Shown piece after piece: positions 8,321-16,389 of a stretch of DNA of 64,000 nucleotides. Origin of the DNA: Pseudomonadota bacterium (lineage in GTDB: Bacteria; Bdellovibrionota_G; JALEGL01; DATDPG01); NCBI GenBank assembly GCA_043809315.1, contig JAZDDX010000024.1, positions 1 through 64,000 on the forward strand. The letters run 5' to 3'. Under the pieces are notes generated by a model. It saw nothing but the letters and a program-made list of their open reading frames with translations. It made no database searches and was not told the origin of the DNA. The position numbers and the translations under genes are program-made. Within the stretch, counting starts at the first letter, position 1; every line of letters begins with the position of its first letter.

Positions 8321-11207
8321 TAGTCTTCTGGCACGTATCACCCAGCCGACGACTCAAAGCTACGTATTTGAACGACTGAATAACCCACTATGGGCGGAAC
8401 CGCTCTTTGCTCATGGATGCTTTCGAAAGCCACCCGATCCTATTCGTGATGAAGCAAGGGGCACAATTCAATTTCCATCCTGGCCAGAGTTGGACTGGCT
8501 CGCACGAATGACAAAGCATACTGAAGTCCAGGATCTCGTGCACAACATTGCCTTGAAGGTTCCGGAAACAGATAATTATCGAGTTCGCATAAATCTCCTT
8601 GAGATCGCCCTCGCACTTCCGCCCCACCAGGCTAAGGACTTCATACGGTTCTGTAAATCGTGGATCAACGATCGGCACTACCACAACATCCCCGAGCTAT
8701 TTTCTCAGCTGGTAGTTCGTCTCGCGATTGGAGGAGAAACCACGGCAGCACTGAGCCTTTGCAAGGACCTGCTGAGTTTCAGACGGAAAGTTAAACAACA
8801 CGAGTTCAACGGAGTCTCTTCTGAGGACTCGGATGTCGAACCGTACTTCGACGGCTACCAATACACCGAAGTAGTAAGGGAGCTTACAGACAAGTTGTCA
8901 CCGACATGCGGCAAACCATTCTTTGATCTTCTTTGCTCCTTATTGAATGCCGCGCTTCACGCGACCTGTCGTGATTCGTCTGCCGATTATTCCTACATTT
9001 GGCGACCGGCCGTCGAGGACCACGAACAGAATCAGGACTTCGAGAAGCTAACCTGCACCCTTGTTCCCGCGATTCGGGACGTCGGAGAATACCTAATTCG
9101 TAATGGAGACGTTCGAATTGAGGATTTGGTAAGTGAGCTGGAAATTAAGGCGTGGCCAATTTTTCGCCGGATTGGCCTCCATTTTCTTCGAACATTCCAC
9201 GCTACGTCTCGCGACCAAGCCCTCAAGAGAGCACTGGATAAACAGAATTTTGACAATCTAGACGTCTGCCACGAGTACTTTCTCCTGCTGCAAACCACGT
9301 TCCCGACTTTTTCCCCAGAGGAGCAAGCGATCTATTATCAGTGGGTAAACGAGGGCCCCGACAAACAAAAATACACAGATGTTCGAACCCAATGGCACGG
9401 ACAAGCACCCAGCGAGGAACAGGTACAGCAGTACGTCACAGCGTGGAGGCGAGATCACCTCGCCCCAGTTCAATCTTGCCTGACGGGTCCTTGGAAACAG
9501 CAGTACAAAGAATTTGAGGCCAGCGCAGGGCAGCCTCATCACCCCGAGTTTCCTTCCTACCACGGTGACGTCTGGGTAGGGCCTGAGTCGCCTGAGCCGG
9601 AGAACACCCTGCAATCCTTGGCAGTGCCGGATCTCGTGGCCTACCTGAAGACGTGGATTCCACCGACCAGCCCCTCTATCATGAGGCCGTCTATTCGCGG
9701 TCTCGGAAGGGCGCTTCAGTCAATCGTGTCGCAGGAGCCTGTGAAATATGCTGCTGAGGCGACTGCTTTCATGGGGCTTAATCCCACTTACATACGCGGA
9801 GTAATCGAGGGATTCACCCAGGCCCTAAAGAGCAGCAAGACCTTTCCCTGGCCCCGGGTTCTGGAACTTTCAAAGTGGGCGGTTTTCCAATGGAACGTTC
9901 TACCAGGAGACCGCCGCGATGAAGATGTTGGAGATACTCACTGGGGAGGGGTACGAACGGAGGCTGCGCGTCTCCTTCAGGTGGGTTTAGACAAAGGACC
10001 GGGTGAAGTTCCAACAGAGCTCAGGTCCGATGTGTGGCACGTCTTGCTGGAATCACTAAAGGACCCGGACCCATCAAAGAGCTGGGAGGGAAGGCATTCT
10101 GACGTCGTTGCCGATGCGCCCTCGATCGCCATCAACTCAACGCGTGGGGAGACAGTCACTGCAATAATTAAGTATGCCCTATGGGTTCGACGTGCTCAAG
10201 AGGACGCCGGAGGGGCCAAGCCTGGAATTCAGGCAGGGTTCTCTGAAATGCCGGAGGTACGAGAAGCCATAAACCAGGAATTGACCCCGACACACGAGTC
10301 TTCAGTAGCAGTCCACTCCCTGTTTGGACGCTGGTTCCCTTGGCTCGCCTTGCTTGACGAAGTCTGGGCCAAAGAAAACATAGCAACTATCTTCCCTTCC
10401 GACGACTTAGCTGCACCCCACTTGCAGGCAGCCTGGGAGAGTTATTTGCTGTTCTGCCGACCCTACAAGAACATCGTCGCCCTTCTCGGCACACAGTACC
10501 TGCTAGCTGCCAAAAACCTGGATATGTTAGTTCACGAACGCTCGCGGCCGGGCAATTCTCAGCAAAGGTTCATGGAACATCTCACAATGCTGTATCTGAG
10601 CGACGATTTGGTAACAGCTGAGCTCAGACAAGCCTTTGAAACAGCCCTTTCAAATGGCTCCCCATCACTTCGAAGCCATTGCCTGCACTTTGTTGGTCGA
10701 AACCTTGGAGGCAAGCAAGAAGACACGCCCGTCCAGATGGTTGATCGCGCCAAGACGCTCTGGCAAGATCGACTGAGAGCAGCCACGTCATCCGGTATCC
10801 CTTCCCTATTCGTCGAGGAACTCTCGTCCTTCGAGTGGTGGGCCGAGTCCCCAAGCCTTGATTTCCCCTGGGTGCTCGACCAACTGCAACAGGCCTTATC
10901 TCTAGGGGTCACCATCGACATTGCCCACCACGTTATTGCCAGGATTCACAAAGATTTTCAGCTGGCGCCGATGAAGGCACTGGATTGTTTACACCTTCTA
11001 ATCAACCAAACGGAACGTCGTTGGGGGCTTATTGGTCGTGAACAGGACCTAAGTGGCGTGCTAGTCCTTGCGCTTGGAAACGCAGATCGTGCTATCCAGG
11101 GCAAGGCCCGAGACCTGATCAACACCCTTGGAAAACTCGGGCATCTTAGATTTGGAGAACTGCTGACAAAGGACTCTCGAAGACAATCAAATGACAAAGC
11201 GACCTGA
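8283..11207 (+). CDS. Large alpha-helical (ARM/HEAT-like) hypothetical protein
   Basis: ~975 aa ORF; ATG 8283 preceded by GAGG; Trp/Pro-rich motifs NPLWAEPL, WPELDWL, SYIWRPAVEDHEQN. Confidence 0.75.
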   Translation: MTSWNKPTEHEVSSLLARITQPTTQSYVFERLNNPLWAEPLFAHGCFRKPPDPIRDEARGTIQFPSWPELDWLARMTKHTEVQDLVHNIALKVPETDNYRVRINLLEIALALPPHQAKDFIRFCKSWINDRHYHNIPELFSQLVVRLAIGGETTAALSLCKDLLSFRRKVKQHEFNGVSSEDSDVEPYFDGYQYTEVVRELTDKLSPTCGKPFFDLLCSLLNAALHATCRDSSADYSYIWRPAVEDHEQNQDFEKLTCTLVPAIRDVGEYLIRNGDVRIEDLVSELEIKAWPIFRRIGLHFLRTFHATSRDQALKRALDKQNFDNLDVCHEYFLLLQTTFPTFSPEEQAIYYQWVNEGPDKQKYTDVRTQWHGQAPSEEQVQQYVTAWRRDHLAPVQSCLTGPWKQQYKEFEASAGQPHHPEFPSYHGDVWVGPESPEPENTLQSLAVPDLVAYLKTWIPPTSPSIMRPSIRGLGRALQSIVSQEPVKYAAEATAFMGLNPTYIRGVIEGFTQALKSSKTFPWPRVLELSKWAVFQWNVLPGDRRDEDVGDTHWGGVRTEAARLLQVGLDKGPGEVPTELRSDVWHVLLESLKDPDPSKSWEGRHSDVVADAPSIAINSTRGETVTAIIKYALWVRRAQEDAGGAKPGIQAGFSEMPEVREAINQELTPTHESSVAVHSLFGRWFPWLALLDEVWAKENIATIFPSDDLAAPHLQAAWESYLLFCRPYKNIVALLGTQYLLAAKNLDMLVHERSRPGNSQQRFMEHLTMLYLSDDLVTAELRQAFETALSNGSPSLRSHCLHFVGRNLGGKQEDTPVQMVDRAKTLWQDRLRAATSSGIPSLFVEELSSFEWWAESPSLDFPWVLDQLQQALSLGVTIDIAHHVIARIHKDFQLAPMKALDCLHLLINQTERRWGLIGREQDLSGVLVLALGNADRAIQGKARDLINTLGKLGHLRFGELLTKDSRRQSNDKAT

Positions 11208-11880
11208 TACACCATTCACGCACGTTCTGCGTAGGTCGGGCGCCGATCGATTTCCTATTCGGTCGCCAGAGACGATATGCAAGCTGCTCTCCTGCATTAT
11301 CCTTGTGGCGAACATCCTGAGCGCCTGCGATCGCAAGCCAGACACTCTCCTGGAATGTCTTCTGAGAGCCGCCGAGAAACAGACGGAAAAGGAAATAAAC
11401 CTGGCTACTCGTATCTGTAGAGAGGTCCTTCCGGAAGGCCAGACAGACAGGCACACTGGAGATCTTCCGACGGGCAGCTACTTCTTCAAGACCTCCGCAG
11501 CTTCCTGCGAAGAAATCCTATTTACGAGACAGGGCAGACTATCTGCCAAAAGTGGATTCTGTGGAAATGAATCGAGGATCGAGAGACCGAGCGGGAAAGA
11601 ACCACTGCTTATCTGTGCAGGATTCCAGATTCTGAGTGAAGAGGACGGCCTTTTTCGCATCGTACGTATGCCGAATGAAGAAGACCTAGAGTTGATCTAT
11701 CTGGATGACCAACGTACCAACAACATCATCGATCTACACCGAACCCTTGCACGTTGTGAGATGACTATCTCCGAGTCCGAACGAAGTACCCAAAGAGCAA
11801 ACGAACCAATATCAGGCCTTCGAAAACTGTTGAAGCTTCCGACATTTCGGTCGCCCAAGAAGGCCAAGAAGAGCCGCTGA
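11191..11880 (+). CDS. Hypothetical protein, possible lipoprotein
   Basis: Co-oriented ORF with a hydrophobic stretch ending in LSAC. Confidence 0.45.
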   Translation: MTKRPDTPFTHVLRRSGADRFPIRSPETICKLLSCIILVANILSACDRKPDTLLECLLRAAEKQTEKEINLATRICREVLPEGQTDRHTGDLPTGSYFFKTSAASCEEILFTRQGRLSAKSGFCGNESRIERPSGKEPLLICAGFQILSEEDGLFRIVRMPNEEDLELIYLDDQRTNNIIDLHRTLARCEMTISESERSTQRANEPISGLRKLLKLPTFRSPKKAKKSR

Positions 11881-12028
11881 ATGGGAGCCGGGTTCCGTGC
11901 ACACAAAGTCCCACGCTTTCAAAGAGGTAGCGTTTCTTTCTAAGGCTTATACGCAACTGAGTCTGGAAAGACTCGCAGGAGTGTGAGTTGTGACAGGGAA
12001 CGGATGGTTGGTAGGCGGTAGAGTGGTG

Positions 12029-12229
12029 CTAGAAGAGCTTCTTGCTCTTGAGCTTTTGGATGACGGCGTCTCGGATCCAATCGCTTTCGGATAGATAGAC
12101 TCCCTCCTTGTCCATCCGATCGAGGTCTTTTTGAACGGCTTCCCGAATATGCTTCGGGACCCGGGTTTGCATGACGGCAGGGAAGGAGACCCGCCGACCG
12201 ATATTGCGTTTCTGCTTCTCGGAAGGCAT
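12029..12229 (-). CDS. Ribbon-helix-helix DNA-binding protein
   Basis: MQTRVPKHIREAV...SESDWIRDAV pattern. Confidence 0.6.
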   Translation of the reverse strand: MPSEKQKRNIGRRVSFPAVMQTRVPKHIREAVQKDLDRMDKEGVYLSESDWIRDAVIQKLKSKKLF

Positions 12230-12320
12230 GACAATGCGATCTTATACGCTTGTATTACAAAAAAGGCGAAAGATTGCGCTGAGAGGGCCGTGCGGAAAGC
12301 ATCGCGCCGCGCGTTATTCC

Positions 12321-12339
12321 ATCGCACATTTATCGCACA
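12321..12339 (+). promoter_or_regulatory. Putative integrase arm-type sites, right end
   Basis: ATCGCACA-TT-TATCGCACA, same motif and 11-bp period as 91-110. Confidence 0.6.
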
Positions 12340-12469
12340 TCACATCTCAAAATCGACCGATTTGCGCCGCTCTGCGCCGACGTGGGCCGACAAGAAAAAC
12401 ATCAAAAATACGAGTGGTTGAGAACGTTTTGATGAAATTTCCGAATCTTGAAAAATCCCTTCGGCCGCG

Positions 12470-12552
12470 CTCATAACCCGAAGGTCATAGGTTCAAATCC
12501 TATCCCCGCTACCAAAGTTTCAAGGGGTTAGCTCGGCGAGAGCTAGCCCCTT
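12470..12552 (+). repeat. attR: duplicated tRNA-Met 3' half plus terminator hairpin
   Basis: 82/83 match to 1-83; the upstream sequence is not a tRNA 5' half. Confidence 0.95.
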
Positions 12553-13829
12553 TGAATTTTCCGCGCCAGCAAGTCGCCTGCTCGTTGAAGTGCCAAGGCC
12601 GGCTCATCGCCGAACTTGCGCGAAAGAAGCTCGATCACCTCTTCGGCGGCGAAGACCCGATTGCGCCCGAAGCCGGTACGTTCCCGGACGATCTTCGCAC
12701 TCACGAGCTGATCGACCGCGTGGTTTGCCGTGGGAACACTCACTTTAAGTCTCGAGACGAGATTTTTGACCGTAAAGATCGGGCAAGTGATTAGGAAGCG
12801 GAGGGAACGTTGAGCGGCGGACCGCCCTCGAAATGCTGCTCGTTCGGCCCATTGGTCAGGCAATTCAAGAATCACCTTTCGGGTTTGTATGGCCTCATCC
12901 CGGGAAGCAGCGATGGCCTCGCTGATGAATTCCACGATCGGCCCATACCGGAGCTTCTGTTGCGCCTCTCCGAGCGCTTTTAAATACTCCAACCGCTCGG
13001 CTTCGATGAATCCCGAGAGATAGAGCGGAAGATGACCGTGGCAGGCCATCTGCAACGTCATCAAGATCCGTCCGACCCTTCCGTTCCCGTCCGAGAACGG
13101 GTGAACAGCCTCGAAATGGCTATGGCCGATCGCCATTCGGACGGGAAGAGTCATTCCCAACCCCGCGTCGCCCAGTTCGATCAGCTCCGAGTTCCCCATC
13201 CAGGCCATCGTTTCACGCAGGCATCGGGCGACGTGGCGTGGAGGGGCGGGGTTATAGATCGATTCCTCCTTGCGTCGCAGTCCGCCGATGAATACGACCG
13301 ACCCAGGCTGACCCGGCCGGCGAAGTGTACCCGGCCTCCCCTTGAAGTGCGGGTCATGGACGGTGATTCTCCGATGCAGGCGAGAGGCAAGGCCGACCGA
13401 GAAGATGGCGGGACCCCTCTTAATCGCCGTCTTGAATTCGTGCTCCAGTGCGTGTGCATATCCCAATACAGCGGCGCGTTCCTGTCGCCCGCTCTTGCGA
13501 TCGAACAGCTCTCCGGGGGTCAAGACGTGGTCAATGGTCGACCAGGTTCCCTCCATTCGGGAAGATTGAACGGCTTCGCGGCGGACGAAGAGAAACGAGA
13601 TCAATTCGTCGACCTCGTCCACGTCTTTGTAATGCGGAAGCTGATCGATCGAACGATTGGCTTTTCCGAGCGCCTTGAGGGGAAGCTTCCCCTGAAGTTT
13701 CTCGGGCGGGGGAGGGGGAACAACAAACCAGATGTTGTTGAGTCCGGGTTCAGGAACCTTCTCAACACCGCACAGTAGCCCTGGCCGGTATTCCTGAGCA
13801 AGAGGTGGCGCCAGTCGATCTCGCTTCAT
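12543..13829 (-). CDS. Fic family protein with C-terminal HTH
   Basis: HPFSDGNGRVGR motif, N-terminal REAVQSSRMEG. Confidence 0.93.
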   Translation of the reverse strand: MKRDRLAPPLAQEYRPGLLCGVEKVPEPGLNNIWFVVPPPPPEKLQGKLPLKALGKANRSIDQLPHYKDVDEVDELISFLFVRREAVQSSRMEGTWSTIDHVLTPGELFDRKSGRQERAAVLGYAHALEHEFKTAIKRGPAIFSVGLASRLHRRITVHDPHFKGRPGTLRRPGQPGSVVFIGGLRRKEESIYNPAPPRHVARCLRETMAWMGNSELIELGDAGLGMTLPVRMAIGHSHFEAVHPFSDGNGRVGRILMTLQMACHGHLPLYLSGFIEAERLEYLKALGEAQQKLRYGPIVEFISEAIAASRDEAIQTRKVILELPDQWAERAAFRGRSAAQRSLRFLITCPIFTVKNLVSRLKVSVPTANHAVDQLVSAKIVRERTGFGRNRVFAAEEVIELLSRKFGDEPALALQRAGDLLARKIQRG

Positions 13830-14210
13830 GTTCCCCCAAGGAAGAGGATATCAAAGGAACCTTGACTATGAAAGAACATAATTAGGCTTATTATTATAAC
13901 CTTAATTATAAGAATTCTTAGGTAGGGTTCATGATTCGGGTTTCATCTAATAGGCAGCTGACACCAGGCTCAGATGTTGTTCTAACTCGAAAGTCCTAAC
14001 GTTCGGACCGCTAAAAAGCTGGGTTGACCTTCCCCCAAAAAACCGGACCATTTAATGGAAGGTCATGACAGTAAAGAGGCTTCGCATCAGATACCCCCAC
14101 TTTCTTAATGCAGTGTTTACCCCCGGGGTTAGGGGTGTCGAACTTCTGGTACCGTCATGGCTAGTTGTTCTTTTTCGAACCCCGTCGCTCACCCCACCAA
14201 AAATGAAGTT

Positions 14211-15713
14211 CTACGGCTGCCGGATCTTGAAACCGCCGGCGAAACAGCTGTCCCCCGTCACATCCGTTGCCTTTACATAGATGGCCCATTTTTCAGTGAC
14301 CGACGGGGCTTTATCAGTAAGCTGTGCCACGGAAAGGGAAAGAGATGAAGCATCCACACCTGCTTCAAAGTCGTAGTCCGGATGCGCCTCATCATAAACG
14401 CATCCACTATCCTGGCACCCTCTGACCGACACCCAATACGTGAGACCTGCCGGCATGACGCTGGTCGGAACCGTCCAACTCAGATCTGCAAGGTCTGTAA
14501 AGTCATAGGTTGCCGAACTATCGGTAGCTGACGCCCCATCCACTTCCACACCGTAGGGATAGTATTTGAAAACCATGTTCACTTTTTTCGTACACTGGTA
14601 CTCCGTCCCGTTAGCCATCTTGACGGCAAAGAAGAGAGTATCCCCCGAGTGCATGTTGTTTAATATGACTCCCGCCTTCGGATCTCCGACTCCACCGACT
14701 TTTTCACTCAGCATCGCACCAAACCGGTCACTCTTTTGGTGGAGCTTCTTGCCGTTACACGTCTGCCATGATCCGTTGTTGCAGAAGGTTCCTGAAACAA
14801 TCTCGTGTTGGGGGGTTGTTTCATAAACCTCATCCAGATAGCTCGGCCCCGTCACCGAAACCTCGCTGATATCGCTGAGACTGAAACCCTCGCGAGGGAC
14901 GAGTTCCAACGTAACCTGATAGTTCGTGGTGTTCGCTAAATCAGCGTCAATCTGATCCGGCGAATAGATTCCCGTCGTGGTCGGGTAGTTCGTCACACGA
15001 AGCCCCAGGGTCCCCGGAATGCAGTAGTCGCCGGCTCCATCGACCTCGTCAATCAAACTATTGTTGTTGTTATCGGTATCAAAAATATCCGGCACGCCGT
15101 CATGATCATAATCGGGACAGTCGGCCCCCCCTGCCGTGCAGGTCTTCCCTACAACGGAAGAATAATCGGTTGTCCCGTCCCCCGTCGTTCCGCCGGCCAG
15201 AACCTCATTTACGACAGAGGCCACCTGATCGCTGTCGGCATTCAGTGTCTGATCCGAGACGATCTTTCCTGTCTGGGTATCCGCGGTAATCGTCCCAAGA
15301 GTGGTCGTGTTTCCCGCGCTCTCCGTTTGGAAAGCGGTGGACACCTGACCTTCGCTCACATTTCCCGTCACAAGGGTTCCGATGTACCGGAAATCCCCGT
15401 CAAGAAAATTCACGATGTAGGAACTCTCGCTGTCCGCCTCCATGGAAAACGTTCCATCGGCGGCCGTCTCCGTGATTTTTTGATCTCCCGTCTTGGTGTT
15501 CAGAATTTGAACTTCATAGTTCGCGGCCTCCGTTGCCGCCCGATAGTTTTGCCGGCTCACTACCGCATTCCCTGTAGCTAAGGTGAGCTTTCCACGGATT
15601 GTCACAAGTCCGGAGCTCGCCCCCCCACACTGGCTTCCGACGATCACGACAAGAGAGACGCTCACAAGACAAAAAACATGGCGATGAAATGAATTCATGC
15701 TCCCTCTCCTCAC
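14211..15713 (-). CDS. Secreted/lipoprotein of unknown function with a Ca-binding TSP3-like motif
   Basis: Hydrophobic N-terminus with Cys; DYDHDGVPDIFDTDNNNN. Confidence 0.75.
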   Translation of the reverse strand: MRRGSMNSFHRHVFCLVSVSLVVIVGSQCGGASSGLVTIRGKLTLATGNAVVSRQNYRAATEAANYEVQILNTKTGDQKITETAADGTFSMEADSESSYIVNFLDGDFRYIGTLVTGNVSEGQVSTAFQTESAGNTTTLGTITADTQTGKIVSDQTLNADSDQVASVVNEVLAGGTTGDGTTDYSSVVGKTCTAGGADCPDYDHDGVPDIFDTDNNNNSLIDEVDGAGDYCIPGTLGLRVTNYPTTTGIYSPDQIDADLANTTNYQVTLELVPREGFSLSDISEVSVTGPSYLDEVYETTPQHEIVSGTFCNNGSWQTCNGKKLHQKSDRFGAMLSEKVGGVGDPKAGVILNNMHSGDTLFFAVKMANGTEYQCTKKVNMVFKYYPYGVEVDGASATDSSATYDFTDLADLSWTVPTSVMPAGLTYWVSVRGCQDSGCVYDEAHPDYDFEAGVDASSLSLSVAQLTDKAPSVTEKWAIYVKATDVTGDSCFAGGFKIRQP

Positions 15714-15983
15714 AAAGAAATAATCTCAGATGTCCGCGCTGAAGAAATCAAATACTGAGAGCGTTCCAAAAAACCCTGTAATTTCAACGCACGCGCCTGT
15801 AGCTCACCGGATCATTTTCGGAAGAAACCGGTACCGGATCCCCCACCCCAGTTCCGACGATCCTGCTGCTACGGAGATTGCTCCTACGATCCACGCGAGA
15901 AGCACGAGATCGAGTTCCACCGCCCCGACCGCACGAAAAAAGAGAAGCGAAAAAGCCGCAGGCGACGCCCAGACGATGGCGCT

Positions 15984-15998
15984 CTCATAACCCGAAGG
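15984..15998 (+). repeat. Third, short copy of the tRNA-Met att core
   Basis: CTCATAACCCGAAGG, identical to 1-15 and 12470-12484. Confidence 0.7.
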
Positions 15999-16359
15999 CC
16001 GGCAAGATCTAGGCAGCTATTTTTCCCAGGCAAGGTTCCAAAGCAATATAGAGGGGGTAGGGCGGCGGTTCGAGTCGCTCGGGTCTCCCATGCTGACGTT
16101 CTTGATGTTAGCAACCTTCTCTTTCAGATACGTCCCGATGTCGTTCAGTAAAGCCACCCACGGCCCCCGGATGAATGACCTTTTCGAACGGAGTCGGTCA
16201 CGTTCCCAGCACGATGCATTCCTATAACGTGACCAACGTCTCGGTCGTCTGCCAGTAGTTCTCGACCTGACCCCGCAATTTTTTCCGGACCTGGGCAGGT
16301 AGACAGCGCTTTTTCCTGTCATGGAGAAGCTAACCACCTGATATTATAACAAATTAGCT

Positions 16360-16375
16360 TGGTACACTCCTTGCC
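16360..16375 (+). promoter_or_regulatory. Putative sigma54 -24/-12 promoter
   Basis: TGGTAC-ACTCC-TTGCC (GG-N10-GC) just upstream of ATG 16390. Confidence 0.55.
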
Positions 16376-16389
16376 CTCCCATAGCCTGT

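Larger units (their letters stand above)
1..12552. mobile_element. Integrative (probably mobilizable) element at tRNA-Met
   Basis: Flanking direct repeat of the tRNA 3' end, tyrosine integrase, excisionase, Replic_Relax protein and accessory cargo. Confidence 0.92.

Noticed and set aside
12470-12514. Second tRNA-Met gene
   Set aside because: Only the anticodon loop to CCA is present, and the upstream bases cannot form the D arm or acceptor 5' strand. It is the att duplication.
1-12552. Prophage
   Set aside because: No terminase, capsid, tail or lysis genes between the att sites.
13878-13909. Imperfect palindrome upstream of the Fic gene
   Set aside because: AT-rich and imperfect; could arise by chance.
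15793-15812. tRNA-like 5' start GCGCCTGTAGCTCA
   Set aside because: No anticodon or T arm follows; too short to call.
16050-16090. tRNA/tmRNA-like 3' end (GGTTCGAGTC...CCCA)
   Set aside because: The T stem does not pair properly; at most a decayed remnant.
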